Source of the DNA: Acidimicrobiaceae bacterium
GTDB taxonomy: Bacteria; Actinomycetota; Acidimicrobiia; Acidimicrobiales; Bog-793
Direction of reading: 5' to 3'
Length of the DNA stretch: 64,000 bases
NCBI GenBank assembly: GCA_003136185.1
Contig: PLDN01000108.1
Span: 7,312-71,311, forward strand
Shown: positions 1 through 8,875 of the stretch, piece by piece
Position numbering within the stretch: the stretch's first letter is position 1
How the letters are laid out: each line of letters starts with the position of its first letter
Notes under the pieces: generated by a model
Databases searched by the model: none
What the model was told of the DNA's origin: nothing
Seen by the model: only the letters and a program-made list of their open reading frames with translations
Position numbers and translations under genes: made by a program

Positions 1-220
1 ACTGCACAACGAAGGGGTCGAGGTAGACCGCAAGATTCTGGCGGACCTCGCGGTTCGCGACCCCAACGCGTTCTCGGCACTGGTCCGCGTGGCGCTCGGG
101 AGCGCGACCGCTGGCGCCACCGCAACCGACGCTCCGATTCCCGTAGAAGAGACGTCCGTCCCTCCGGACGTCGAAGCCGCCGAGGCTGGAGAGTCCGCAG
201 AGACCGGGGCTGCTTCCTGA
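1..220 (+). CDS. rplT: 50S ribosomal protein L20, C-terminal part (5' end outside the window) with a ~40-aa Ala/Thr/Glu-rich tail
   Basis: Reading from nt 2 gives LHNEGVEVDRKILADLAVRDPNAFSALVRVALG..., the conserved L20 C-terminus. Stop TGA at 218-220. It is followed by a trmH-like gene and pheST, as in other Actinobacteria. Confidence 0.8.
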   Translation, partial: LHNEGVEVDRKILADLAVRDPNAFSALVRVALGSATAGATATDAPIPVEETSVPPDVEAAEAGESAETGAAS

Positions 221-252
221 GTAGGCAGGCGCTTGGGGCACGTCATCAGCGG

Positions 253-1053
253 GTGCAGCGCCTCCGACGGCTCTTGAGACGCTCGAGCGCTCGTGCGACC
301 GAGCGGGCGTTCGTTGCCGAAGGAATAAAGGTTGTCGTTGCCGCGCTCGACGCGGGCATCACCATCGAGAGCCTTTACGTCGCCGCCGAAGGGCGGGATG
401 CCCCGGCGGTCGTCGCCGTCGTCGACCGTGCGCTCGGCGCTGGGGCAAGGGTGTTCGACCTCGGGCCTGGAATCATGGAGCGCGTCGCCGACACGGTGAC
501 GCCTCAACCGCTCTGCGCTGTGATCGGGGAGCTCGACATCCCGATCGACGAGCTTGTAGCGCAACCGGCCGGCACGACAGACGCGAGCCCGAGCGGCAGA
601 TTGCTGCTCGTCTGCGTGGATGTCCGCGACCCGGGGAACCTCGGAGCCGTCATCCGTTCCGCCGCCGGAGCGGGAGCCGACGGAGTGATCTGCTGCGCGG
701 GGACCGCAGACCCTTTCAACCCGAAGACCGTGCGCGCGACGGCAGGGGCGATCTTCGGGCTGCCGATCGCGCTATCCACCTCTCCGCGTGAGGCGTTCGC
801 CCGGATCGCCGAAGCCGGCTTCCGCCTCGTCGCCACGACCGCCCACGAGGGCACTGACTACGCCGTGGCGGATCTCTCGGGCGATCTTGCCCTTGTGCTC
901 GGCAACGAGGCGTCAGGACTTCCCGCGGACGTGCTGGGGAGCCTCGGAGAATGGGTGACGATCCCGATGGCGCCGGGAACCGAGTCTCTCAACGTCGCGA
1001 TGACGGCAACCGTGTTGTGCTACGAGATCTCCCGCCGGCGACGGCTTTCCTGA
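253..1053 (+). CDS. TrmH/SpoU-family RNA 2'-O-methyltransferase
   Basis: 266-aa ORF with GTG start. SPOUT-type motifs DPGNLGAVIRSAAGAG, LVLGNEASGLP and ESLNVAMTATVLCYE. It holds the conserved position between rplT and pheS. Confidence 0.85.
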   Translation: MQRLRRLLRRSSARATERAFVAEGIKVVVAALDAGITIESLYVAAEGRDAPAVVAVVDRALGAGARVFDLGPGIMERVADTVTPQPLCAVIGELDIPIDELVAQPAGTTDASPSGRLLLVCVDVRDPGNLGAVIRSAAGAGADGVICCAGTADPFNPKTVRATAGAIFGLPIALSTSPREAFARIAEAGFRLVATTAHEGTDYAVADLSGDLALVLGNEASGLPADVLGSLGEWVTIPMAPGTESLNVAMTATVLCYEISRRRRLS

Positions 1054-1076
1054 TTGCTGCAGGCAGCCCGTAGCAT

Positions 1077-2177
1077 GTGCCGATGGAGCGAGACGAGCAG
1101 GTGACCGGCGCGACCGTGCCTGGGGGAACCGAGCTGCCGTTCACCGCCTCCGAGCTTGCCGAGATCGAGTCAGAGGCGCTGGCCGCCATCGAGGGAGCTC
1201 TTAGTCTGGCGGCTCTCGAGGAGGGGGAGAGGGGGGCGCTCGGGAAAAGGTCACGTTTCTCGGGGTTGTACCAGCAGCTCGGCAAGCTCGCCCCTGAGAC
1301 TCGTAAGGAGGCTGGGCAGCGGCTCCACGAGGTGAGGCGTTCGATCGAGACGCTTGCGGCAGCTCGTCGGCAGGAGCTCGAGGCCGGAGAGCGGGCAGCC
1401 CGGATGCGGGCAGATCGGCTCGATCTGACTGAGGTGTTCGCCGGGCCGACCGCAGGGCATCTTCACCTCGTCACTCAGGTCCGAGAGCAGCTGGAGGACG
1501 TCTTCGTCGGTATGGGCTACGAGATTGCCGAGGGGCTGGAGGTGGAGACGGACTGGTACAACTTCCAGGCCCTCAACGTGCCGATCGACCATCCGGCGCG
1601 CAGCTCCGTCGACACCTTCTATCTGGAGGCTGGCGCGAGCGACGAGAACTTCCTCCTCCGGACCCACACTTCGCCGGTGCAGATCCACCTGCTCGAGCGC
1701 AACAAACTTCCGATCTATGCCGTCGCGCCGGGCCGGGTGTACCGGCGTGACACACCTGACGCGACGCACCTACCGGTCTTCCACCAGATCGAGGGGCTCG
1801 TCGTCGACCGGGGCGTCACCTTTGGCGATCTGGCGGGAACGATCGATACTTTCGTACACGCCATCTTCGGAGAGAACGTCTCGACGCGGCTGCGCCCGGC
1901 GTACTTCCCGTTCACCGAGCCCTCCGCCGAGTTCGAGATCTCCTGCCAGATCTGCGACGGCGCGGGTTGCCGGACGTGCTCGATGACCGGCTGGATCGAG
2001 CTCGGCGGCTCGGGCATGGTCCATCCAGCCGTTCTCGAGGCGACCGGTATCGACTCCGAGGAGTGGTCGGGGTTCGCGTTCGGTTTTGGGATCGACCGCC
2101 TCGCCATCATGCGGTACGGGATCGCCGATCTGCGCTCGTTCATCGAGAACGACGTCCGCTTCTTGGCGCAGTTCTGA
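1077..2177 (+). CDS. pheS: Phenylalanine--tRNA ligase alpha subunit
   Basis: Class II aaRS motifs: HPARSSVDTFY, LLRTHTSPVQI, FHQIEGLVVD, LRPAYFPFTEPSAEFE, GFAFGFGIDRLAIMRYG. The start is GTG 1077 or ATG 1083. Confidence 0.95.
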   Translation: MPMERDEQVTGATVPGGTELPFTASELAEIESEALAAIEGALSLAALEEGERGALGKRSRFSGLYQQLGKLAPETRKEAGQRLHEVRRSIETLAAARRQELEAGERAARMRADRLDLTEVFAGPTAGHLHLVTQVREQLEDVFVGMGYEIAEGLEVETDWYNFQALNVPIDHPARSSVDTFYLEAGASDENFLLRTHTSPVQIHLLERNKLPIYAVAPGRVYRRDTPDATHLPVFHQIEGLVVDRGVTFGDLAGTIDTFVHAIFGENVSTRLRPAYFPFTEPSAEFEISCQICDGAGCRTCSMTGWIELGGSGMVHPAVLEATGIDSEEWSGFAFGFGIDRLAIMRYGIADLRSFIENDVRFLAQF

Positions 2178-4753
2178 TGCGGGCGCCCCTCTCCTGGCTG
2201 CGTGAGCTGACCCCTCTGTCTGCCGAGGCAGGCGACCGCGCCTCGGTAGTCGAGCTGGCTTCCGAGCTCGACGCGCTCGGGCTCGTCGTTGAGGAGACGG
2301 AGTGGGTCGGCCAGGGCCTCGGCGACGTCGTTGTTGCCCGCGTCCTCGAGATCGCCGCCATCGAGGGCGCCGATCGCATCCGGCGAGTCGTCGTCGACCG
2401 GGGCGCCGGCGAGACGGAGGTCGTCTGCGGCGCATGGAACTTCGAGGTGGGCGACCTCGTCGTGCTGGCCCCCGTCGGAGCGGTGCTCCCGGGTGACTTC
2501 AAGATCGAGCGCCGGAAGATGCGAGGAGTTGTCTCGAACGGGATGCTGTGCTCGGGCCGCGAGCTCCGCCTGTCCGACGACCACGAGGGCATCCTCGTAC
2601 TCGCACGACCCGAGCACCCCGAGGCCGCGTTGCCGGCAGGGGTCGAGCTCGGCGTCCCTCTCGCAGAGCATCTCGGCTTCGGCCCTGACGTCGTCTTCGA
2701 CTTGGCGATCGAACCAAATCGTCCCGACTGCCTCTCGATGATCGGCATCGCCCGCGACCTGGCCGCACGCTTCGGCCTACCCCTTCACCTGCCTGAGCCT
2801 TTGCTCGTGGAGAGCGGACCGGCCGCCGCAGAGCTCGCGACCGTCGAGATCGACTCGCCGGAGCTTTGCCAACGGTTGATTGCCCGCGTGATGACCGGTG
2901 TGACGCATGTCGCGTCGCCTGCTGTCGTGAAGCGGCGGCTCCTGATGGCCGGGATGCGCCCGATCGGCCATTTGGTCGACGCCTCGAACTACGTGATGCT
3001 GGAGCTCGGGCAACCGACGCACCCGTACGACCTCGATCACCTAGGAGGCAAAGGGTTGCGTGTGCGGGCCGCCCGGCCGGGCGAGTCGGTCGTCACGCTC
3101 GACGGCGAGACGCGGGTCCTCGGCGACCGCGCAGCTCGAGGTGGTGACACTTTCACCGCGCTCGACGCCTTGATCTGCAACGCCCACGACGTCCCGGTCG
3201 GGATCGCAGGCGTCATGGGCGGCCAGTCGAGCGAGATCGGTGAGTCGAGTGAACGGGTGTTGTTGGAGGTTGCGCGCTTCTTCCCCGTCTCGGTCGGGCG
3301 GACGGCCCGCTACGCCGGCTTGCGGAGCGAAGCCTCTATCCGTTTCGAGCGTGGCGTCGATCCGCTGGGGCTCGAGCGAGCTGCTGCCCGAGTTTGCGAG
3401 CTCGTGGTCGGCGCGGCGGTAGCCGCTGGCGTCGAGCCGCCGGTCGTGGCAACAGGTCTCGTCGACGCCAACCCGCGGCCGTTCGAACCGAGCCGGGTCC
3501 GGTTGCGCCCGTTCCGGGCGAACGCGCTCCTCGGAGTGTCGCTCGAGGGCTCGGAGATGACGGCGCTGCTGTCACCGATCGGCTACGAGATCGGCGCAGC
3601 TGCTACCGGTAGCCCCGGCGCGTCCGGCACGGATGCCGCCATCGAGCTCGTCGTGCCCTCCTGGCGCCCTGACGTCGTCGGCGAGGTCGACGTCATCGAG
3701 GACATCGCACGCACCTATGGATACCGCCGGATCCCGACGACCGACCGTCGCTCGCCCTACGTCGGCAGGCTCGACGCGGTGCAGGTCCTCCGGCGCCGGG
3801 TCAGGAGAGTGCTAGCCGGGCTCGGGGCGCACGAGGCCTGGACCAGTTCGATCGTCGATCCCCGCGAGCAGGCGCTTGCAGGTGTGGACGCGGCGCTGAT
3901 CCGTCTCGCCAACCCGATGGTGGCCGAGGAGTCCGTCCTGCGGGGCGGGTTGCTGCCCGGCCTGCTCAAGTCCTTGCGCCACAACGCCTCTCACCGCAAC
4001 CCTTGGATCCGGCTCTTCGAGATGGGTGATGTCTTCGGGCTCGCCGGGCTGCCCGGCGGCGAGGACGCATCGCTCCCGCACGAGCACGAGCGGATCGCCG
4101 TCATGTTGGCGTGGGAGGACGACGACGCCGGCGCGGCGGTGAACGCGTGGCGCGTCGTGGCAGATGCGCTCGGCATCATCGGGGTCGAGATCCTCCAGCC
4201 ATCACTTCGCGCAAGCGGAGGCGAGGGCGGCGGGGCGCCGGACCTGAGCCCGAGCGAGCTCGCCATCGGGTTGTCCGGATTGCACCTCGCGAGATCGGGC
4301 CTCCTCGTGTGTGGCGACGGCGGGACGATCGTCGGAGCGGTAGGCGAGGTCGATCCCGACGTGGCCTCCGCCTTCGGCGTCCCGCATTCGCGTGTCGGTT
4401 GGCTCGAGCTGAACGTCGCCAATCTCGTTGGCGCGCCGCGCCGACCTGATGAAGCGCAGCCCGTCAGCCGCTTCCCGTCGAGCGACATCGACCTGGCGTT
4501 TGCCGTCGACGAGAGCGTGCCAGCGGCGCGCGTCGAGGCGGCTCTTCGTGCTGTGGCGGGTGAGCTGTGCGAGTCGGTGGAGCTCTTCGATGTCTACCGC
4601 GGTGCCGGTGTGGAGGAGGGCCGACGGTCGCTTGCGTATCGGTTGCGGCTCTGCTCTCTCGATCGGACTCTCACCGACGCCGAGGTTGCCGAGGTGAGAC
4701 AGCGCTGCATCGATGCCGTTCAGTCGGCGCTGCCGGCCGCGCTGCGCGCTTAG
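2177..4753 (+). CDS. pheT: Phenylalanine--tRNA ligase beta subunit
   Basis: The N-terminus MRAPLSWLRELTPL is typical of PheT. ATG 2177-2179 overlaps the pheS stop TGA 2175-2177. tRNA-binding, B3/4, B5 and C-terminal FDX-ACB-like regions are readable. The tracked ORF start at 1967 lies inside pheS. Confidence 0.93.
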   Translation: MRAPLSWLRELTPLSAEAGDRASVVELASELDALGLVVEETEWVGQGLGDVVVARVLEIAAIEGADRIRRVVVDRGAGETEVVCGAWNFEVGDLVVLAPVGAVLPGDFKIERRKMRGVVSNGMLCSGRELRLSDDHEGILVLARPEHPEAALPAGVELGVPLAEHLGFGPDVVFDLAIEPNRPDCLSMIGIARDLAARFGLPLHLPEPLLVESGPAAAELATVEIDSPELCQRLIARVMTGVTHVASPAVVKRRLLMAGMRPIGHLVDASNYVMLELGQPTHPYDLDHLGGKGLRVRAARPGESVVTLDGETRVLGDRAARGGDTFTALDALICNAHDVPVGIAGVMGGQSSEIGESSERVLLEVARFFPVSVGRTARYAGLRSEASIRFERGVDPLGLERAAARVCELVVGAAVAAGVEPPVVATGLVDANPRPFEPSRVRLRPFRANALLGVSLEGSEMTALLSPIGYEIGAAATGSPGASGTDAAIELVVPSWRPDVVGEVDVIEDIARTYGYRRIPTTDRRSPYVGRLDAVQVLRRRVRRVLAGLGAHEAWTSSIVDPREQALAGVDAALIRLANPMVAEESVLRGGLLPGLLKSLRHNASHRNPWIRLFEMGDVFGLAGLPGGEDASLPHEHERIAVMLAWEDDDAGAAVNAWRVVADALGIIGVEILQPSLRASGGEGGGAPDLSPSELAIGLSGLHLARSGLLVCGDGGTIVGAVGEVDPDVASAFGVPHSRVGWLELNVANLVGAPRRPDEAQPVSRFPSSDIDLAFAVDESVPAARVEAALRAVAGELCESVELFDVYRGAGVEEGRRSLAYRLRLCSLDRTLTDAEVAEVRQRCIDAVQSALPAALRA

Positions 4754-4790
4754 CAACTCGGTGCCGAGTGGCCAGTGTTCGCGTCGTACG

Positions 4791-4964
4791 TCAGTCCTCG
4801 ATCGCCGCGTAGGCAGCTGTGAGAAGGTCGAGGGCGATATGAGGCGGTCGGGGAGAGGTCCAAGCCGCGTTCGTCAGCAGAATCGTGACCATCTCCTCGG
4901 ATGGGTCGTTGCGCCATATGGTTCCGAGCCCACCGTCTTTGGAGAGTCCGGAGGTAGTCATCAC
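4791..4964 (-). pseudogene. Remnant of a beta-lactamase-family serine hydrolase (C-terminal ~57 aa only)
   Basis: The minus-frame translation is VMTTSGLSKDGGLGTIWRNDPSEEMVTILLTNAAWTSPRPPHIALDLLTAAYAAIED*. It resembles the conserved C-terminal strand-helix of class C/esterase-type hydrolases (GG.G..w..DP......vlltN). An in-frame TGA lies immediately upstream, and there is no room for the catalytic SxxK domain before the next gene. Confidence 0.45.
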
Positions 4965-5036
4965 TCAGTTGGACGACGGGTCGAGCCACTAATCATCGGT
5001 CGACGCTATCCCTGCCGGCCGAGCCGGCGAGTCCTG

Positions 5037-5663
5037 TCACCGAATGCCTTCGGTGACAGCGCGGATGATGTCGTCGGTGGCGGCGTCTACGGCCGGAAGT
5101 GCCGCCGTCAGCACGCTCGTTACTGCCGGTAACTCTGCCTCGGAGAACCGCAGGAGGGGCCGGGACTGCAGCCGGCGGTGAAGTGCGCGGGCGACCATTT
5201 GCGGCTCCTCGTAGCCGAGCCACCAGCGCTCGTCCCTCATCGTGGCGAAGAGTTGTTGCCAACGGCTTGCAGCGTCGGAGGAGACGGCTGCGGTGACATC
5301 AGGTGCTCTCGCCAACACCTGGACGAATTCCGCTTGCACTCCGGCGCGGGTGAGAAGGCAGCCGTCGAGCACGAGCTCGTAACCCGCGTGGCCCACGGCT
5401 CGAACCGGGCCAGTCGACAGGCCGGCTGCCAGAAGACCGTCGCGGATCTTGCCTGAGCCCGTGCGGAACGTCTCGAGTGCGTGGAAGGCCTTGTCGGCTC
5501 GGTGGTGGAGGACGACGCCGGCCTCGACGCCAGGGGATAGCTGCGACCTGTCGATCCGCGTGCCGGCCATGGACGCCAGATCGGGAAGGGCGGCTCCAAA
5601 GGCTTGCTCCCAACCGTCCCCGTCGCATCGGAGGGCAACGTGAGAATGGGCGACGAAGTTCAC
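5037..5663 (-). CDS. Acyl carrier protein phosphodiesterase (AcpH/DUF479)-like protein
   Basis: From GTG 5663: VNFVAHSHVAL... (compare E. coli AcpH MNFLAHLHLA), then VEAGVVLHHRADKAFHA (AcpH: VVAGIHMHRRIDVLTD) and WWLGYEEPQMVARALHRRLQSRP (AcpH: [23 protein letters not shown]). The upstream 40 codons of the tracked ORF are Arg/Pro-rich and not family-like. Confidence 0.55.
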   Translation of the reverse strand: MNFVAHSHVALRCDGDGWEQAFGAALPDLASMAGTRIDRSQLSPGVEAGVVLHHRADKAFHALETFRTGSGKIRDGLLAAGLSTGPVRAVGHAGYELVLDGCLLTRAGVQAEFVQVLARAPDVTAAVSSDAASRWQQLFATMRDERWWLGYEEPQMVARALHRRLQSRPLLRFSEAELPAVTSVLTAALPAVDAATDDIIRAVTEGIR

Positions 5664-5755
5664 CTCCGTACCTTTGTCGATGCGCAGGCGAGGCGCCTGC
5701 CTTGGCTGTCTCGGTCGGCTCGGTTCGGCTGCCACGACACAACCCCAGACGCGCC

Positions 5756-5784
5756 GATGCGGCCTGCCAGGGGCAGACCGCATC
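5756..5784 (-). terminator. Stem-loop downstream of the DoxX-like gene
   Basis: GATGCGG-CCTGCC-AGG-GGCAGA-CCGCATC: 7 bp plus 5 of 6 bp nested stem, 27 nt after the stop at 5811. No U-tract, which is common in high-GC actinobacteria. Confidence 0.35.
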
Positions 5785-5810
5785 GGGTTATGTGACTGAG
5801 GAGCGGACCG

Positions 5811-6401
5811 TTAGGCGGCCTTGGCCTGCTCTTGGGTCCCAGCCACGACCAACGCTGGGCTCGAGGACAAGCCGGCCCGGCGACGCTGGCGGTAGCCGGC
5901 GATCAGGCCGTCGACCCCGATCCAGCTGGAGGTCTTCCATGTGGCGAGGAGCACGATTGCGAACAGTGCGTAGAACGCACATACGCTGGCGGTTCCCGTC
6001 ATGACGTAGGTGAACAGCAGTGCCAGGCTGCCGAGTGCCGCAACCGGGGTGAAGAGGCCAAGAACCAGGCCGCACCCGATGGCGAACTCTGCCAGGGCAA
6101 TAAGGATGCCGATCCAGCCTGCGTTAGGGACAACGAAGCCGTGTAGGAAGCTTCCCCACCAGCTGTAGGCGGGGATCCCGTGGCCGGCGAAGCCGGCGAC
6201 TCCTGCGCCACCGTTGTGCATGAACGCTGGGTTCTCCGCGCCCCAGAGCTTGGCGACGCCAGCCTGGAGCCACATGATCCCGAGCCACACTCTCATGGCG
6301 GTCCAACCAATTGCCATGACCTTCGACTCGGCTAGCCAGTGAAGGGGCCGAGAGGCTTTGACTTCGGACGGATTGCTGAGTAATGCAATGGGATTCTTCA
6401 T
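5811..6401 (-). CDS. DoxX-family integral membrane protein
   Basis: Start MKNPIALLS at ATG 6401-6399, preceded by GAAGGAAG. Four hydrophobic helices are present (WLGIMWLQAGVAKLW, GWIGILIALAEFAIGCGLVLGLFTPVAALGSLALLF, FYALFAIVLLA), the typical DoxX/DoxD pattern. Confidence 0.7.
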   Translation of the reverse strand: MKNPIALLSNPSEVKASRPLHWLAESKVMAIGWTAMRVWLGIMWLQAGVAKLWGAENPAFMHNGGAGVAGFAGHGIPAYSWWGSFLHGFVVPNAGWIGILIALAEFAIGCGLVLGLFTPVAALGSLALLFTYVMTGTASVCAFYALFAIVLLATWKTSSWIGVDGLIAGYRQRRRAGLSSSPALVVAGTQEQAKAA

Positions 6402-6739
6402 CGAAATTCTCTTCCTTCTGGTCCGGCTCCCCCGGACCTCAACGCCATCCTGAGCGCATGCGCGCGTGTCTGTGAGAGGCAAAGGTCCCGCTAGCCCGGC
6501 CAAAGGTCCCATCTCCGCCTGTAAAGGGCCGGGACGGGCGCGTCGGTATCGGCAGCGGCGGCGCCATTAGAGTGCGACGGCGGTCGCGGACGTCCAACGA
6601 ATGGCTGCGACGCTCGCAAGCCGCAGGTATCCGAGCCTCGAGATCGAGTGCCAGGTCCAAGCCGGAGAGTTCCACGCGAGCACCCCCGCTGTCAGCTTCT
6701 CCCGCTGCCTCCGCTATCTGTACGATGCGCCGCGCTGAG

Positions 6740-7150
6740 CTAGCGCTTGGCCGGCTCGGACTCGAGCGCTGTAAGGAGCGTCTCGGTCTCAGGGCCGAAA
6801 TACGGGCGGGCTCGCTCGAGCGTCCGCGCTGACAGAGCGAGCAGTACCTGGTCGTACAGGGTGGTCATGGAGTCGATCTGTACGTGGTTGCAGATCGCCT
6901 CGAAGGCATCGCAGCACCGCTCGATCAGGGGCTCAGGGCCTCCAGACGCGATCAGATCGCTGAAGAAGTCGGCGAGCTCGTTGAGCACGATGTCATCGGT
7001 CAGGTCCTCCTCGTAGAGGTCCTCGAGATCGAGGTAGTACTGGTCAAACTCCGGCGCGAGGGCACCCCGGACGATAGGCGCGCACTGGAGCGTGATCTCG
7101 TCGGGATCGAAGGGTGCGGGTGCGGCTTGGCTGGCCGGCGTGATGGGCAT
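6740..7150 (-). CDS. Hypothetical acidic cytoplasmic protein (136 aa)
   Basis: The ORF has a GAGGGAGA Shine-Dalgarno 6 nt upstream of ATG 7150. Composition is protein-like and helical (DQYYLDLEDLYEEDLTDDIVLNELADFFSDLI). I recognise no family. Confidence 0.55.
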   Translation of the reverse strand: MPITPASQAAPAPFDPDEITLQCAPIVRGALAPEFDQYYLDLEDLYEEDLTDDIVLNELADFFSDLIASGGPEPLIERCCDAFEAICNHVQIDSMTTLYDQVLLALSARTLERARPYFGPETETLLTALESEPAKR

Positions 7151-7446
7151 GATCGGTCTCCCTCAAGTAGCTGGGTAGCTGTGGGTAGCTGTGTGGAGGG
7201 TCGCCCGGAACTCCGAGCCGCCGATCAGATCGCAACGGTTCGAGAATATCTTCCCGGCAGCGCCTCCCGCTTCACCGCCACTGACCGCCTTGCGTTCGCC
7301 CATCGAAAGCTCCATTGATCAGGCGTAGCTGAGACATCACGCTGGCGGAGGTTTTACGTGCGGCAACGAATGTGGGCGGGCGGACCTTTTAGATGAGTCA
7401 ACGCGGCCGCCTCGCCCGGACCAACCCGCGCCAGTAGGCTGCGCCG

Positions 7447-7914
7447 GTGCCTGGGAACTCCTCTAACGGATCGCGCCGTCTCGCGCTTGCGTCACTCGCC
7501 CTTCCCATCGTCGCCATGATGGGACTGTTCGGCTGGGCCGGCACGGAGGCCGTCGCCAGCCCGCTCAACATCGTGCGCTCCTTCTTTGTCGCCTTCAACG
7601 CGCAGGATTGCGCCACGATGTCAAATGAGCTGTACACCGCTCCAGGTCAGAAGCCTCCGACTTGCAAGGACCTGACAGGCGGCGGCGGGACCAAGCTGGT
7701 CGATTGCAAGCTGACCGTGACGACGGCGCCCGTATCGCTCGGGCAAGCGGCCGAGACGGCGCCGAGCGGCTACGGCGATTCGAGCTGGATCAAGGCATCG
7801 TGCGTCGAGACGACGAAAGGCAAGCGATCGACTCTCGTATTAGATGTCTTCGTCGCGACCGATACGACAACGGGTCAACAAGTGATCCTCGCGCTGCAGA
7901 ACGCCGGCTCCTGA
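7447..7914 (+). CDS. Secreted small protein, possibly NTF2/SnoaL-like fold
   Basis: N-terminal signal-like segment RRLALASLALPIVAMMGLFGWAGTEAVA|SP. The mature part starts NIVRSFFVAFNAQD (SnoaL-like helix) and carries four Cys. Confidence 0.6.
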   Translation: MPGNSSNGSRRLALASLALPIVAMMGLFGWAGTEAVASPLNIVRSFFVAFNAQDCATMSNELYTAPGQKPPTCKDLTGGGGTKLVDCKLTVTTAPVSLGQAAETAPSGYGDSSWIKASCVETTKGKRSTLVLDVFVATDTTTGQQVILALQNAGS

Positions 7915-7940
7915 GCCCGAGCGAAGGCGCTCGGGCTTTG
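7914..7940. terminator. Bidirectional stem-loop between convergent genes
   Basis: AGCCCGAGCG-AAGG-CGCTCGGGCT: perfect 10-bp stem and 4-nt loop, followed by TTT. It starts at the stop codon of the 7447-7914 gene and ends 11 nt before the stop of the 7951 gene. Confidence 0.55.
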
Positions 7941-7950
7941 CCGCTGAGGT

Positions 7951-8745
7951 TCAGCCGCACCCAGCTATCGCGACCACCGGCTGGAATCCAAGCCGGTCCG
8001 TAGCGTCGCGTGGCGCGACCGCGTCACCGAAGGGATGGAGCGACCCGTCCGCGCCAGCGAGCAGGTAGCCCCTGCCGCTCGAGGTCGGAACGATGCCGAC
8101 GACAGGGCTCTCCGTGACGGTCGCCCCACCGAGATCTAAGGCGCTCCCGAAGGCTCGGACTGTCCCGTCCGCCGTGGCGATCCAGTAGCCGTCTCGTGTC
8201 CCCGCCGTTGCGATCCCGACGACCTTGGCCGTCAGGTGCTCGTCGCGCAGGCAACCGTCGTAGGAAGCGTCCCCGAAGTCGTAGACGGTGCCGTCCTCGG
8301 TCACGAAGAAATACCCCTCGCCGCCTGGCGTCGGGGTGAATCCCACCACTGGATGCTCGAGGGGGTAGCTGCGTGCGGAACCGTAGTCCTCGGCACTTCC
8401 GAAGCTGTAGAGGCCACCGTCGGCGCCGGCCAGCCAGTATCCCTGCTCGTCAGGGGCGCCGGCCATGGCGACGATCGGGCGTTCGAGCGGGGCGGAGTTC
8501 GCCGCTCCGAAGTAACGAGCTGACCCGAAGGTCAGCACGGCGCCGTCTCCGGCGCACAGCCAGTAGCCGCCTGAGCCGACCGAGGCGCTTACGATTGGCT
8601 GTCCGAGAAGGCTGTCGGCGGCATCGCCTTGGAACTCGATGTCTACGAAGGGGAACACCATCCCGTCGCCGCAGACGAGAAGGTAGCCCTCGGCTCGGGC
8701 GAGAGCGACTTTGGGTGCGCCAGAGTCAGTAGTGGTCTTCGCCAT
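7951..8745 (-). CDS. Six-repeat (beta-propeller-like) protein of unknown function
   Basis: From ATG 8745 (MAKTTTDSG...) there are six tandem ~40-42-aa units of the form GYW(L/I)xxxDGxVxxFGxAxxxGxxxxxxxxxPVVGI. Examples: GYWLCAGDGAVLTFGSARYFGAANSAPLERPIVAMA, GYWLAGADGGLYSFGSAEDYGSARSYPLEHPVVGFT, GYWIATADGTVRAFGSALDLGG. No signal peptide. The tracked ORF start (8994) would overlap the ubiB end. Confidence 0.7.
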   Translation of the reverse strand: MAKTTTDSGAPKVALARAEGYLLVCGDGMVFPFVDIEFQGDAADSLLGQPIVSASVGSGGYWLCAGDGAVLTFGSARYFGAANSAPLERPIVAMAGAPDEQGYWLAGADGGLYSFGSAEDYGSARSYPLEHPVVGFTPTPGGEGYFFVTEDGTVYDFGDASYDGCLRDEHLTAKVVGIATAGTRDGYWIATADGTVRAFGSALDLGGATVTESPVVGIVPTSSGRGYLLAGADGSLHPFGDAVAPRDATDRLGFQPVVAIAGCG

Positions 8746-8875
8746 AATGCGGTTCGACTGGTCCCCCCGGCCCTTGATCGCCCTCGTAAGTAGCTCACCA
8801 GAGCTTACTTCGGTGGCTGCGACAAACGCATGATCCACGATCCGGCCCTTCAGGCCGAGCGGCCTGTGCAAGGGC

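Noticed and set aside
1967-2176. Tracked start of pheT inside pheS
   Set aside because: The conserved PheT N-terminus MRAPLSWL begins at ATG 2177, overlapping the pheS stop. The upstream 70 codons are out-of-frame pheS sequence.
7167-7197. GTAGCTG triple mini-repeat upstream of the 6740-7150 gene
   Set aside because: It consists of three 7-10-nt imperfect repeats only. They could be a minor regulatory site, but the evidence is insufficient for a separate claim.
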